Part shown: positions 56,648 to 64,000 of the stretch, one piece after another
Layout of the letters: every line of letters begins with the position of its first letter
How positions within the stretch are numbered: position 1 is the first letter of the stretch
Assembly: GCF_003334815.1 (NCBI RefSeq)
Contig: NZ_QOWO01000005.1
Direction: 5' to 3' (one strand)
DNA length: 64,000 nucleotides
Source of the DNA: Escherichia coli
GTDB taxonomy: Bacteria > Pseudomonadota > Gammaproteobacteria > Enterobacterales > Enterobacteriaceae
Made by a program: the position numbers and the translations under genes
Notes under the pieces: generated by a model
Seen by the model: only the letters and a program-made list of their open reading frames with translations
The model's database searches: none
What the model was told of the DNA's origin: nothing

Positions 56648-57343
56648 TCAACAATCCTCAATAATCAGATACACCGCTTTCACCGGGCCATGAACTCCGA
56701 CGACTTTGATAAGCTCAATATCCGCCGTTGAACTGGGGCCGCTAATGATGTTAATGCAGGAAGGCATTCGTTCACCGGCCTGCGCTTTCTGATGCAATTT
56801 TTCTGCGAGTTGCGCTACACGCGGCAGGATAGTGCTTTTACGCAGGATAAAAAGAGAATATTCCGGGAGCAGGCTCAATGAACGCCCGCGCTCGGCGGCG
56901 GAAAAAAGAACCACGCCTCCCGATTCGGTTAAACCATATTCAGCATACACAACACCCACTTTAGCCTGCTCTGCCTGCGAGATATTCTCGGCACCTTTCG
57001 CCGGATCCCAAACAACGGCATTGCATTCCTGCTGCAAACGTTCGCTAATCCCCAATTCCTCCAGCCTCGTGTCACCGCTAATCACGACCGACTGATCTCC
57101 CAGCTCTTTACACAGACGTATTGCAGCTTCTGCCGCCTTCGCCTCGCTGGTCAGCTCACAGCGCGTCAACATAACATCGCTGGCAAACTGAATAAACGCG
57201 TCACAGCGCTGCTGTTGGTTAAGTTGGGTAAGCCGCTCGTTAGCATAGTTGTTAAGCGGCGCATCTTCTGCTTGCGGTTCAAGTCGCAGCGGGCGACCCA
57301 GTGCCTGAGCAACGTTATTCAAAAATTCGCCTCGATTATCCAT
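56648..57343 (-). CDS. ykgG: LutC-like subunit (LUD domain) of a lactate-utilisation-type complex
   Basis: 231 aa from MDNRGEFLNNVAQALG...; overlaps ykgF by 8 nt. The ORF-track start at 57496 is an in-frame extension inside ykgF. Confidence 0.9.
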   Translation of the reverse strand: MDNRGEFLNNVAQALGRPLRLEPQAEDAPLNNYANERLTQLNQQQRCDAFIQFASDVMLTRCELTSEAKAAEAAIRLCKELGDQSVVISGDTRLEELGISERLQQECNAVVWDPAKGAENISQAEQAKVGVVYAEYGLTESGGVVLFSAAERGRSLSLLPEYSLFILRKSTILPRVAQLAEKLHQKAQAGERMPSCINIISGPSSTADIELIKVVGVHGPVKAVYLIIEDC

Positions 57344-58763
57344 TCTTTTTCTCCTGCGCCTGATGTTTCTTAAACCAACTACGGAAACTCTCTCCGTCAG
57401 CTTCAGGAAGATCGCGTGCTTCCATCCAGTCGCTAATCGCGCCAAATTTGAGTGGTGTTTTGCCGCCATTGATAAACCAGCTTGCCGCATGAGCACCGGC
57501 CATCATCCCGACTTTCCACAATCCTGGATGACTATTGGCATAAGCGAACATTTTTATCGCCCGTTGCTCTGCTTTTGCGGTGATCCCTTTTTCAGCCATC
57601 ACCCGACGATGACGCAAAATCAGTTTTGACAGCGGAATACGCACCGGACACACGTTGTCACAAGCTGTGCATAAAGAGCAGGCGTAGGGTAAATCTTTAA
57701 AATCTTTATAGCCGCCAAGTAGCGGAGAAATCACCGCACCAATTGGCCCTGGATAAATAGAGCCATATCCATGACCGCCAATATGGCGATATGCCGGACA
57801 AGTATTCATACAAGCCCCGCAGCGAATACAGCGCAGCACATCCCGAAATTCAGAGGCCAGCACCTCAGAACGCCCGTTATCGACAATAACCAGATGAAAC
57901 TCTTCAGGACCATCAACGTGCCCAGCTTCGCGCGGTCCTGTCAGCCAGGTGTTGTATCCCGTCAAACGTGCACCAACGGCACTGCGCGCCAGCATGGTGA
58001 TCAATACATCTACCTCGGCAAACGTGGGGGCAATACGCTCCATTCCCATCACTGCAATATGCGTTTTAGGCAGCGTGGTACACATTCGCGCATTACCTTC
58101 ATTGGTCACCAGGCATACCGAACCGGTCTCTGCCACCGCGAAATTACAGCCGGTAATACCTATTTCAGCACTGAGGAAATCTTCGCGGATTTTTTGCCGG
58201 ATGAATAAGGTCATCGCTTCAGGCGTTTCCGGCCCCTCATAGCCCAGACGTTCGTGTAGCACTCGACGGATCTGATGGCGATCTTTATGAATTGCCGGGA
58301 CCACAACATGAGATGGCGGATCTTGATCCAGCTGGAGAATATATTCACCCAGATCGGTTTCAATCACCTGAATGCCAGCATCCTGCAACACATGATTGAC
58401 ACCAATCTCTTCGGTCACCATCGATTTAGATTTCACCACCTTCCGGGCATTTTTGCGTTGGGCAACCTGTAAAATGTAGCGGGTAGCGTCTTCTTTGGTT
58501 CTTGCAAAATAGACGTGACCGCCGTTTTGCGTCACTTTTTCTGAGAGCTGGTACAGATAAGCGTCGAGATTACTCAGAACATGATCACGTATCTGGGCGG
58601 CCCGATCGCGCCACTCCTCCCAGTGCCCCAATTCATCGACCATTTTTTGCCGATTTGCCCCAATACGCTGCTGCGCGTTTGCCACCGCTTTGCGCATGAT
58701 CGGATCTTCAATTTGCTGACGGATGCGTGTCTTAAAATCTGTATTACTGGTTTTGATCGACAT
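57336..58763 (-). CDS. ykgF: LutB-like iron-sulfur protein (two 4Fe-4S ferredoxin motifs)
   Basis: 475 aa with CIRCGACMNTCP and CSLCTACDNVCP cluster motifs. Confidence 0.93.
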   Translation of the reverse strand: MSIKTSNTDFKTRIRQQIEDPIMRKAVANAQQRIGANRQKMVDELGHWEEWRDRAAQIRDHVLSNLDAYLYQLSEKVTQNGGHVYFARTKEDATRYILQVAQRKNARKVVKSKSMVTEEIGVNHVLQDAGIQVIETDLGEYILQLDQDPPSHVVVPAIHKDRHQIRRVLHERLGYEGPETPEAMTLFIRQKIREDFLSAEIGITGCNFAVAETGSVCLVTNEGNARMCTTLPKTHIAVMGMERIAPTFAEVDVLITMLARSAVGARLTGYNTWLTGPREAGHVDGPEEFHLVIVDNGRSEVLASEFRDVLRCIRCGACMNTCPAYRHIGGHGYGSIYPGPIGAVISPLLGGYKDFKDLPYACSLCTACDNVCPVRIPLSKLILRHRRVMAEKGITAKAEQRAIKMFAYANSHPGLWKVGMMAGAHAASWFINGGKTPLKFGAISDWMEARDLPEADGESFRSWFKKHQAQEKKNG

Positions 58764-58773
58764 CTTTATATCC

Positions 58774-59493
58774 TCAGCGGCTCATCAACACTTCAGCAAT
58801 ATGCATCACTTTGACTTTCTGCCCTTCCCGTTGTAATCGCCCACTGATGTTTAGCAGGCAACTCACGTCAGCACCAATTAAATACTCAGGGCGGACTTCC
58901 ATCAGGTGCGCAACCTTTTCTTTCACCATCTCGCCGGATATTTCGGCCATTTTGACCGAGAACGTGCCGCCAAATCCGCAGCAGGTATCCTGTTCAGCAA
59001 AGGTCAACAGCTCCAGTCCACGCACATTTTTCAGCAGCGTAAGTGGCTCGTCCTTCACTCCCAGCTTACGGGCCAGGCTACAAGATGGGTGATACACCGC
59101 TCTCCCTTGCAAACTGGCACCTACATCGACTACCCCTAATTTATTAACAATAAAAGAGGTGAGATCCTGCATACGCGCGGCAACCTTTGCGGCACGTGAT
59201 GCCCATTCAGGTTCATCCGCCAGATACGTCGGGTAACTTTTTACGGCATAGGTGCAAGAGCCAGCCGGTGAAATAATGGGATCGTCGTTATCCTCCAGTG
59301 CGGCGATCAGATTTTTCATCCCTGGAATCGCTTCTTTGATATAACCGCTATTGATCGCAGGCTGACCGCAGCATCCCTGTTTCTCCGGGAAATTTACGCG
59401 ACAGCCGAGTTTTTCCAGTAGCAGCACGGAGTCTCGTGCCATTCTTGATTTCAGGGCGTCACCAATACAGGTGACAAAGAAATTGACATTCAC
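58774..59493 (-). CDS. ykgE: LutA-like cysteine-rich (CCG domain) oxidoreductase subunit
   Basis: 239 aa with CCG motifs (QGCCGQP, DTCCGFGG). Confidence 0.93.
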   Translation of the reverse strand: MNVNFFVTCIGDALKSRMARDSVLLLEKLGCRVNFPEKQGCCGQPAINSGYIKEAIPGMKNLIAALEDNDDPIISPAGSCTYAVKSYPTYLADEPEWASRAAKVAARMQDLTSFIVNKLGVVDVGASLQGRAVYHPSCSLARKLGVKDEPLTLLKNVRGLELLTFAEQDTCCGFGGTFSVKMAEISGEMVKEKVAHLMEVRPEYLIGADVSCLLNISGRLQREGQKVKVMHIAEVLMSR

Positions 59494-59608
59494 AACTAAT
59501 ACTCCATTACTTCATGCCCATTTATGCCCGATGTTTCCCCCCCACCGGGGGATCAATCATCAATAAATATGACGTTCTTTTTTAATTGGCTAGCAACATA
59601 CCACCCCT

Positions 59609-59625
59609 CATTTGTATGACAAATG
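59609..59625. promoter_or_regulatory. Candidate GntR/FadR-type operator upstream of ykgEFG
   Basis: CATTTGT-ATG-ACAAATG is a perfect 7-bp dyad fitting tnGTnnnACna, 116-132 bp upstream of the ykgE ATG. Confidence 0.35.
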
Positions 59626-60019
59626 ATAATCTTTCATCCAAACGTCAAATGCAATAACTAATTTTATTTCTTTCGGCATCGCTCACATTTTATGGGGAAA
59701 TCGACGATCATTTTTGGCATAAGAAATCCATTTAAAAATGGCTACATCCCTTATACCTATTCAGAGCTACTTATTCAGGGGTTATTGAGATATACACTGA
59801 TGGTGTACAAAAAAATCACCGACAATAATCACGTATCAAGTAATAGTCGGGATTTTATTTAATTGAAGCAATTTAGTTTGCATTTTTATTTAAAAACTGA
59901 GCTAGAGCCCATCAGAAAAAATATATAAAGCCCAAACCACCGTTGGAAATAGAAATAGTTGAAAGGCTCACAACTCCCGGAATGCGGATTATCTTTGCCC
60001 TGATTTCTGGCGGTTTTAT

Positions 60020-60874
60020 TCAGGGTGCAAGCTGTCTGACCCTTTCCCGATATTCTCCCGGGGTACAACCAAACTCGCGGACAAACGCCTTGTGAAAAGA
60101 TGATTCACTGGCATAGCCTACTGACTCAGCGATCACCACAACAGGGAGCGTTTCCCGGGAAAACATCTGGGCCGCTATTTGTAGACGCAACTTTGTTAAT
60201 ACAGCCAGCGGCGTGGTTCCGGAAACATCACGGAAAAGCTGGGCAAAACTTGCCCGGGACATGTGAGCGATGCTGGCCAGCGATTCGACGGTCCAGGCGT
60301 GTCCTGGCATTTCCAGCATTTGCTGTATTACCGCACCAAGACGTGGATGCAGAAGCAAACTGAGAATGTTTTTCTCAGTATTAACCTGTGCAATCCACTC
60401 ACGCACCGCGAGGGTAAAGAATGTAGCGCAGATCTGGCTACACAGTGCATCCACTCCCGGCATTGCCGATCTGGATTCCTGTTGTAAAAACGGGATCGCC
60501 TCCCTCAGCCAGTTATATTCCACGCTGTGGTTAACCGGTGCTAAAAACAGCGTTTCCGGCAAAGACGTTAAAAAATAACGCGCCGAATGTTGCAACCGAA
60601 GAGTGCCGCAGACAATACAGGTCGATTCATTATCGACATGACTCAGGCGATGAGCTGAATTTTGTGGTAGCAGGACCACATTTCCCGGGCGTAATGTAAA
60701 AATCTCCCCCGTCGGCATTTCCAGCTTCGCCGCTCCTTGCGTTAACGCATGCCAACGAATAACCGATAATTCCCCGGCACCATGTGGAAGCTGCCAGTCA
60801 CTTCCTAACACGCAATTCTTATCGATCGTTCCTTGTGGAGCGTTAAGCATCAACAAACGGCTAAGGGCATCCAT
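60020..60874 (-). CDS. rclR: AraC-family reactive-chlorine-responsive activator
   Basis: 284 aa with cupin-like N-domain and C-terminal AraC HTH pair (...SRASFAQLFRDVSGTTPLAVLTKLRLQIAAQMF...). Divergent from rclA. Confidence 0.93.
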   Translation of the reverse strand: MDALSRLLMLNAPQGTIDKNCVLGSDWQLPHGAGELSVIRWHALTQGAAKLEMPTGEIFTLRPGNVVLLPQNSAHRLSHVDNESTCIVCGTLRLQHSARYFLTSLPETLFLAPVNHSVEYNWLREAIPFLQQESRSAMPGVDALCSQICATFFTLAVREWIAQVNTEKNILSLLLHPRLGAVIQQMLEMPGHAWTVESLASIAHMSRASFAQLFRDVSGTTPLAVLTKLRLQIAAQMFSRETLPVVVIAESVGYASESSFHKAFVREFGCTPGEYRERVRQLAP

Positions 60875-61099
60875 ATCAGACTCCTGAGTGGTTTTTGATT
60901 ACAAACACCAACAATCTTAGTAAATAACTAATCTAATACCATCAAATAGTTAATCATGATTTTTGTTTTGTGATTCTGATTAAGAAAAAGAAAATATCAG
61001 ACGATAAGACAAAATATCAAGCGTTGTGAAGAAATGTTATTTGCTCTTTTGCGTCTATAGTCATGATGTCAAATGAACGCGTTTCGACAGGAAATCATC

Positions 61100-62425
61100 A
61101 TGAATAAATATCAGGCAGTGATTATTGGTTTTGGCAAGGCTGGAAAAACATTAGCCGTCACGCTGGCAAAAGCAGGTTGGCGAGTGGCTCTCATCGAACA
61201 ATCAAATGCAATGTATGGCGGGACCTGTATTAATATCGGCTGCATCCCAACCAAAACATTGGTTCATGACGCACAGCAGCACACAGATTTTGTCCGTGCC
61301 ATACAGCGTAAAAATGAAGTGGTTAATTTTTTACGTAATAAGAATTTTCATAATCTTGCGGATATGCCCAATATCGACGTGATCGACGGCCAGGCGGAGT
61401 TTATCAATAATCATAGCCTGCGTGTTCATCGGCCTGAGGGAAATCTGGAAATTCATGGCGAGAAAATTTTTATTAATACCGGTGCACAAACCGTGGTTCC
61501 GCCAATTCCTGGAATTACCACCACGCCAGGAGTATATGACAGCACCGGATTACTTAATCTAAAAGAATTGCCTGGGCATTTAGGTATTTTGGGCGGCGGA
61601 TATATTGGCGTTGAGTTCGCCTCTATGTTCGCTAATTTTGGCAGCAAGGTAACCATTTTAGAAGCAGCTTCGCTGTTTTTGCCTCGGGAAGATCGGGATA
61701 TTGCTGATAATATCGCGACGATTTTACGCGATCAGGGCGTCGATATTATCCTCAATGCCCATGTGGAGCGAATCAGTCACCATGAAAATCAAGTGCAAGT
61801 GCATAGCGAGCACGCCCAACTGGCGGTGGATGCACTGTTAATAGCTTCCGGTCGTCAACCGGCTACCGCTTCGTTACATCCAGAAAATGCCGGTATCGCA
61901 GTAAACGAGCGCGGGGCAATTGTCGTTGACAAGCGATTACATACCACCGCAGACAATATTTGGGCGATGGGAGATGTTACCGGCGGGCTGCAATTTACTT
62001 ACATATCACTGGATGATTACCGCATTGTACGTGATGAGTTACTGGGTGAAGGCAAACGTAGTACTGATGATCGGAAAAATGTGCCTTATTCCGTATTTAT
62101 GACACCGCCCCTGTCCAGGGTTGGTATGACAGAAGAACAAGCCAGAGAGAGTGGTGCTGATATTCAGGTGGTGACATTGCCTGTAGCTGCAATTCCGCGT
62201 GCCAGAGTGATGAATGATACTCGTGGGGTATTAAAAGCGATTGTTGATAATAAAACCCAACGTATGTTAGGGGCATCACTGCTGTGTGTTGACTCCCACG
62301 AGATGATCAATATAGTGAAAATGGTGATGGATGCCGGGCTGCCTTATAGCATATTACGCGATCAGATATTTACTCATCCGTCGATGAGCGAATCACTCAA
62401 TGATCTATTTTCATTAGTCAAATAA
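61100..62425 (+). CDS. rclA: Pyridine nucleotide-disulfide flavoprotein oxidoreductase RclA
   Basis: 441 aa from MNKYQAVIIGFGKAGKTLA...; redox-active CxxxxC in GGTCINIGCIPTK. Confidence 0.95.
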   Translation: MNKYQAVIIGFGKAGKTLAVTLAKAGWRVALIEQSNAMYGGTCINIGCIPTKTLVHDAQQHTDFVRAIQRKNEVVNFLRNKNFHNLADMPNIDVIDGQAEFINNHSLRVHRPEGNLEIHGEKIFINTGAQTVVPPIPGITTTPGVYDSTGLLNLKELPGHLGILGGGYIGVEFASMFANFGSKVTILEAASLFLPREDRDIADNIATILRDQGVDIILNAHVERISHHENQVQVHSEHAQLAVDALLIASGRQPATASLHPENAGIAVNERGAIVVDKRLHTTADNIWAMGDVTGGLQFTYISLDDYRIVRDELLGEGKRSTDDRKNVPYSVFMTPPLSRVGMTEEQARESGADIQVVTLPVAAIPRARVMNDTRGVLKAIVDNKTQRMLGASLLCVDSHEMINIVKMVMDAGLPYSILRDQIFTHPSMSESLNDLFSLVK

Positions 62426-62435
62426 ACTCAAAATC

Positions 62436-62463
62436 AGACGCCAGAACAAATATTCTGGCGTCT
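62436..62463 (+). other. 11-bp perfect hairpin between rclA and rclB
   Basis: AGACGCCAGAA (62436-62446), loop CAAATA, TTCTGGCGTCT (62453-62463), 11 nt after the rclA stop. No U-tract follows. Confidence 0.6.
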
Positions 62464-62533
62464 CAGAGAAAAGAATCTTATTAATTCTCTGTTACTCTAT
62501 AACTTCTTAATCACTTCATTGATGGTATTTTAT

Positions 62534-62770
62534 ATGTTTAAAAAATCTGTTTTATTTGCAACACTATTATCTGGCGTTATGGCATTTTCCACCAATGCAG
62601 ATGATAAAATAATTCTGAAACATATCAGCGTCTCGTCAGTATCAGCATCACCGACAGTTCTGGAGGATACCATTGCTGATATAGCCAGAAAATATAATGC
62701 TTCATCCTGGAAAGTCACATCGATGCGAATTGATAATAATTCAACCGCAACAGCAGTATTGTATAAATAA
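62534..62770 (+). CDS. rclB: Small periplasmic DUF1471 protein RclB
   Basis: 78 aa from MFKKSVLFATLLSGVMAFSTNA (signal peptide); YhcN-family pattern. Confidence 0.92.
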   Translation: MFKKSVLFATLLSGVMAFSTNADDKIILKHISVSSVSASPTVLEDTIADIARKYNASSWKVTSMRIDNNSTATAVLYK

Positions 62771-62781
62771 GGATGTTCACA

Positions 62782-63375
62782 ATGGAAAAATACCTGCACC
62801 TGTTAAGTCGGGGAGATAAAATTGGCCTGACATTGATTCGTCTGAGTATTGCAATTGTTTTTATGTGGATTGGGTTATTAAAGTTTGTCCCTTACGAGGC
62901 AGACAGCATTACACCATTCGTCGCAAACAGTCCACTAATGTCGTTCTTTTATGAACACCCGGAAGACTATAAACAGTATCTGACTCACGAAGGCGAATAC
63001 AAACCAGAAGCAAGGGCATGGCAAACGGCCAATAATACCTATGGTTTTTCCAACGGTCTTGGCGTCGTGGAGGTGATTATTGCTCTGCTGGTTTTGGCTA
63101 ATCCTGTCAATCGCTGGTTAGGTTTATTGGGAGGACTGATGGCATTTACCACGCCGCTGGTAACACTCTCATTTTTAATCACCACCCCGGAGGCATGGGT
63201 ACCCGCATTGGGTGACGCTCATCATGGTTTCCCTTATTTATCCGGTGCTGGTCGCCTGGTATTGAAAGATACTCTGATGCTGGCAGGTGCAGTCATGATA
63301 ATGGCAGATTCGGCGCGGGAAATTCTTAAACAACGCAGTAATGAATCCAGTTCAACGTTAAAAACTGAATATTGA
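62782..63375 (+). CDS. rclC: Inner-membrane protein RclC (DUF417)
   Basis: 197 aa from MEKYLHLLSRGDKIGLTLIRLSIAIVFMWIGLLKF...; 4 TM helices. Confidence 0.93.
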   Translation: MEKYLHLLSRGDKIGLTLIRLSIAIVFMWIGLLKFVPYEADSITPFVANSPLMSFFYEHPEDYKQYLTHEGEYKPEARAWQTANNTYGFSNGLGVVEVIIALLVLANPVNRWLGLLGGLMAFTTPLVTLSFLITTPEAWVPALGDAHHGFPYLSGAGRLVLKDTLMLAGAVMIMADSAREILKQRSNESSSTLKTEY

Positions 63376-63533
63376 TAATCCGAACACTGTCTGTTGTTCA
63401 CTTTTTCAGGCGTCAGGCCCCCTTTCTGATGATGAAGCCTGACGCCATATTACCGGAGATATGACAGAGTGAAGATCAATATCACTCCCTGTTAAAAGGT
63501 TTTTGTCGTCTTAGGTAAAATACATGATTAATA

Positions 63534-63665
63534 TCAATCATGTATTTTTACAGCAAGACAACCACGAACAAATTCAGGATTAAAATGTTTTACCGACTCC
63601 CCAACATAACCCAAATCAAGCGAACTAATTTGTGCCATTTCTTTATCTGTCAGTGAGAAATCGAT
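63534..63665 (-). pseudogene. C-terminal remnant of an aldo-keto reductase
   Basis: Minus-strand translation ...KIDFSLTDKEMAQISSLDLGYVGESVKHFNPEFVRGCLAVKIHD* resembles AKR C-termini (FDFxLSxEDMxxIxxL). An in-frame TAG lies just upstream and no N-terminal part is present. The stop is embedded in a 13-bp perfect dyad (63517-63548). Confidence 0.6.
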
Positions 63666-63863
63666 TTTTGATGGGCATCTGCAATACTCTGAAGCAGACT
63701 ATACGGAAAATTCCACTGTCAGTCCCTCCATTAGGCATGAACAATGAGTCTACGTTAAAACGTAACCTCAAAGTAGTATGTGGATTTTGATATCACTTAT
63801 GCAAAAAATTCATTAATAATGTAGGACTGAAACCTCTCTATTTTCGGGGACAACGAAGCAGAC

Positions 63864-64000
63864 TGAACCGCCCCGGGTTTCCTGGAGAGTGTTTTATCTG
63901 TGAACTCAGGCTGCCAGATCATTGTTTCCGATGGAAGCATAATAAGCTTTTTCTGCTTCTGCCGGAGGAGTATGGCCCAGCCTTTCCAGCAATCGTCGAT
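63864..64000 (-). mobile_element. Terminal inverted repeat and 3' end of orfB of an IS629/IS1203-like IS3-family element (continues beyond the window)
   Basis: TGAACCGCCCCGGGTTTCCTGGAGAGTGTTTTATCTGTGAACTCAGGCTGCC starts at 63864 with the TG...-type IS3-family end. Minus strand encodes ...RRLLERLGHTPPAEAEKAYYASIGNNDLAA* with the stop at 63906-63908. It matches my memory of the IS629 right end apart from a few bases. Confidence 0.8.

Noticed and set aside
59886-60068. 60-aa minus-strand ORF overlapping the 3' end of rclR.
   Set aside because: It is out of frame with and overlapping rclR, its hydrophobic tail arises from AT-rich intergenic DNA, and there is no RBS.

Overview
This window is the lac neighbourhood of the Escherichia coli chromosome, shown in the opposite orientation to MG1655 numbering. 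Gene order 5'->3' is: yaiP (3' part) - yaiX - yaiO - frmRAB - yaiL - mhpT - mhpEFDCBA / mhpR - lacI - lacZYA - cynXST / cynR - codAB - prpEDCB / prpR - yahO - yahN - yahM - yahL - yahK - yahJ - yahI - yahG (frameshifted) - yahF - yahE - yahD / yahC - yahB - pdeL(yahA) - betT / betIBA - ykgH - ykgGFE - rclR / rclABC - an aldo-keto-reductase remnant - the terminal part of an IS629-like (IS3 family) element. Most products read as the K-12 proteins as I remember them. Classical regulatory sites can be read directly: lac O1/O2/O3, the CAP site, lacP, the lacI promoter, the FrmR operator, the sigma-54 prpB promoter and the PurR box of codB. REP/BIME arrays fill many intergenic gaps. The sequence is K-12-like but not MG1655. 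yaiX carries no IS2 insertion, yahG is split by a +1 frameshift, the lac operator flank differs at one base, and the rclC-distal end abuts an IS629-like element. I found no CRISPR array, prophage, recognisable defence system or toxin-antitoxin pair, so this is mostly ordinary, well-studied DNA. Five items stand out. First, a cloverleaf-capable tRNA-like sequence sits under the start of yahM at the edge of the AT-rich yahL/yahM islet. Second, the yahG frameshift lies in an A7 run. Third, the uncharacterised yahDEFG-yahI-yahJ module is paralogous to fdrA-ylbE-ylbF-arcC. Fourth, the yaiP-yaiX-yaiO exopolysaccharide-like locus appears intact. Fifth, several unassigned palindromes look like operator candidates. 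All comparisons with K-12 are from memory and need an alignment to confirm.
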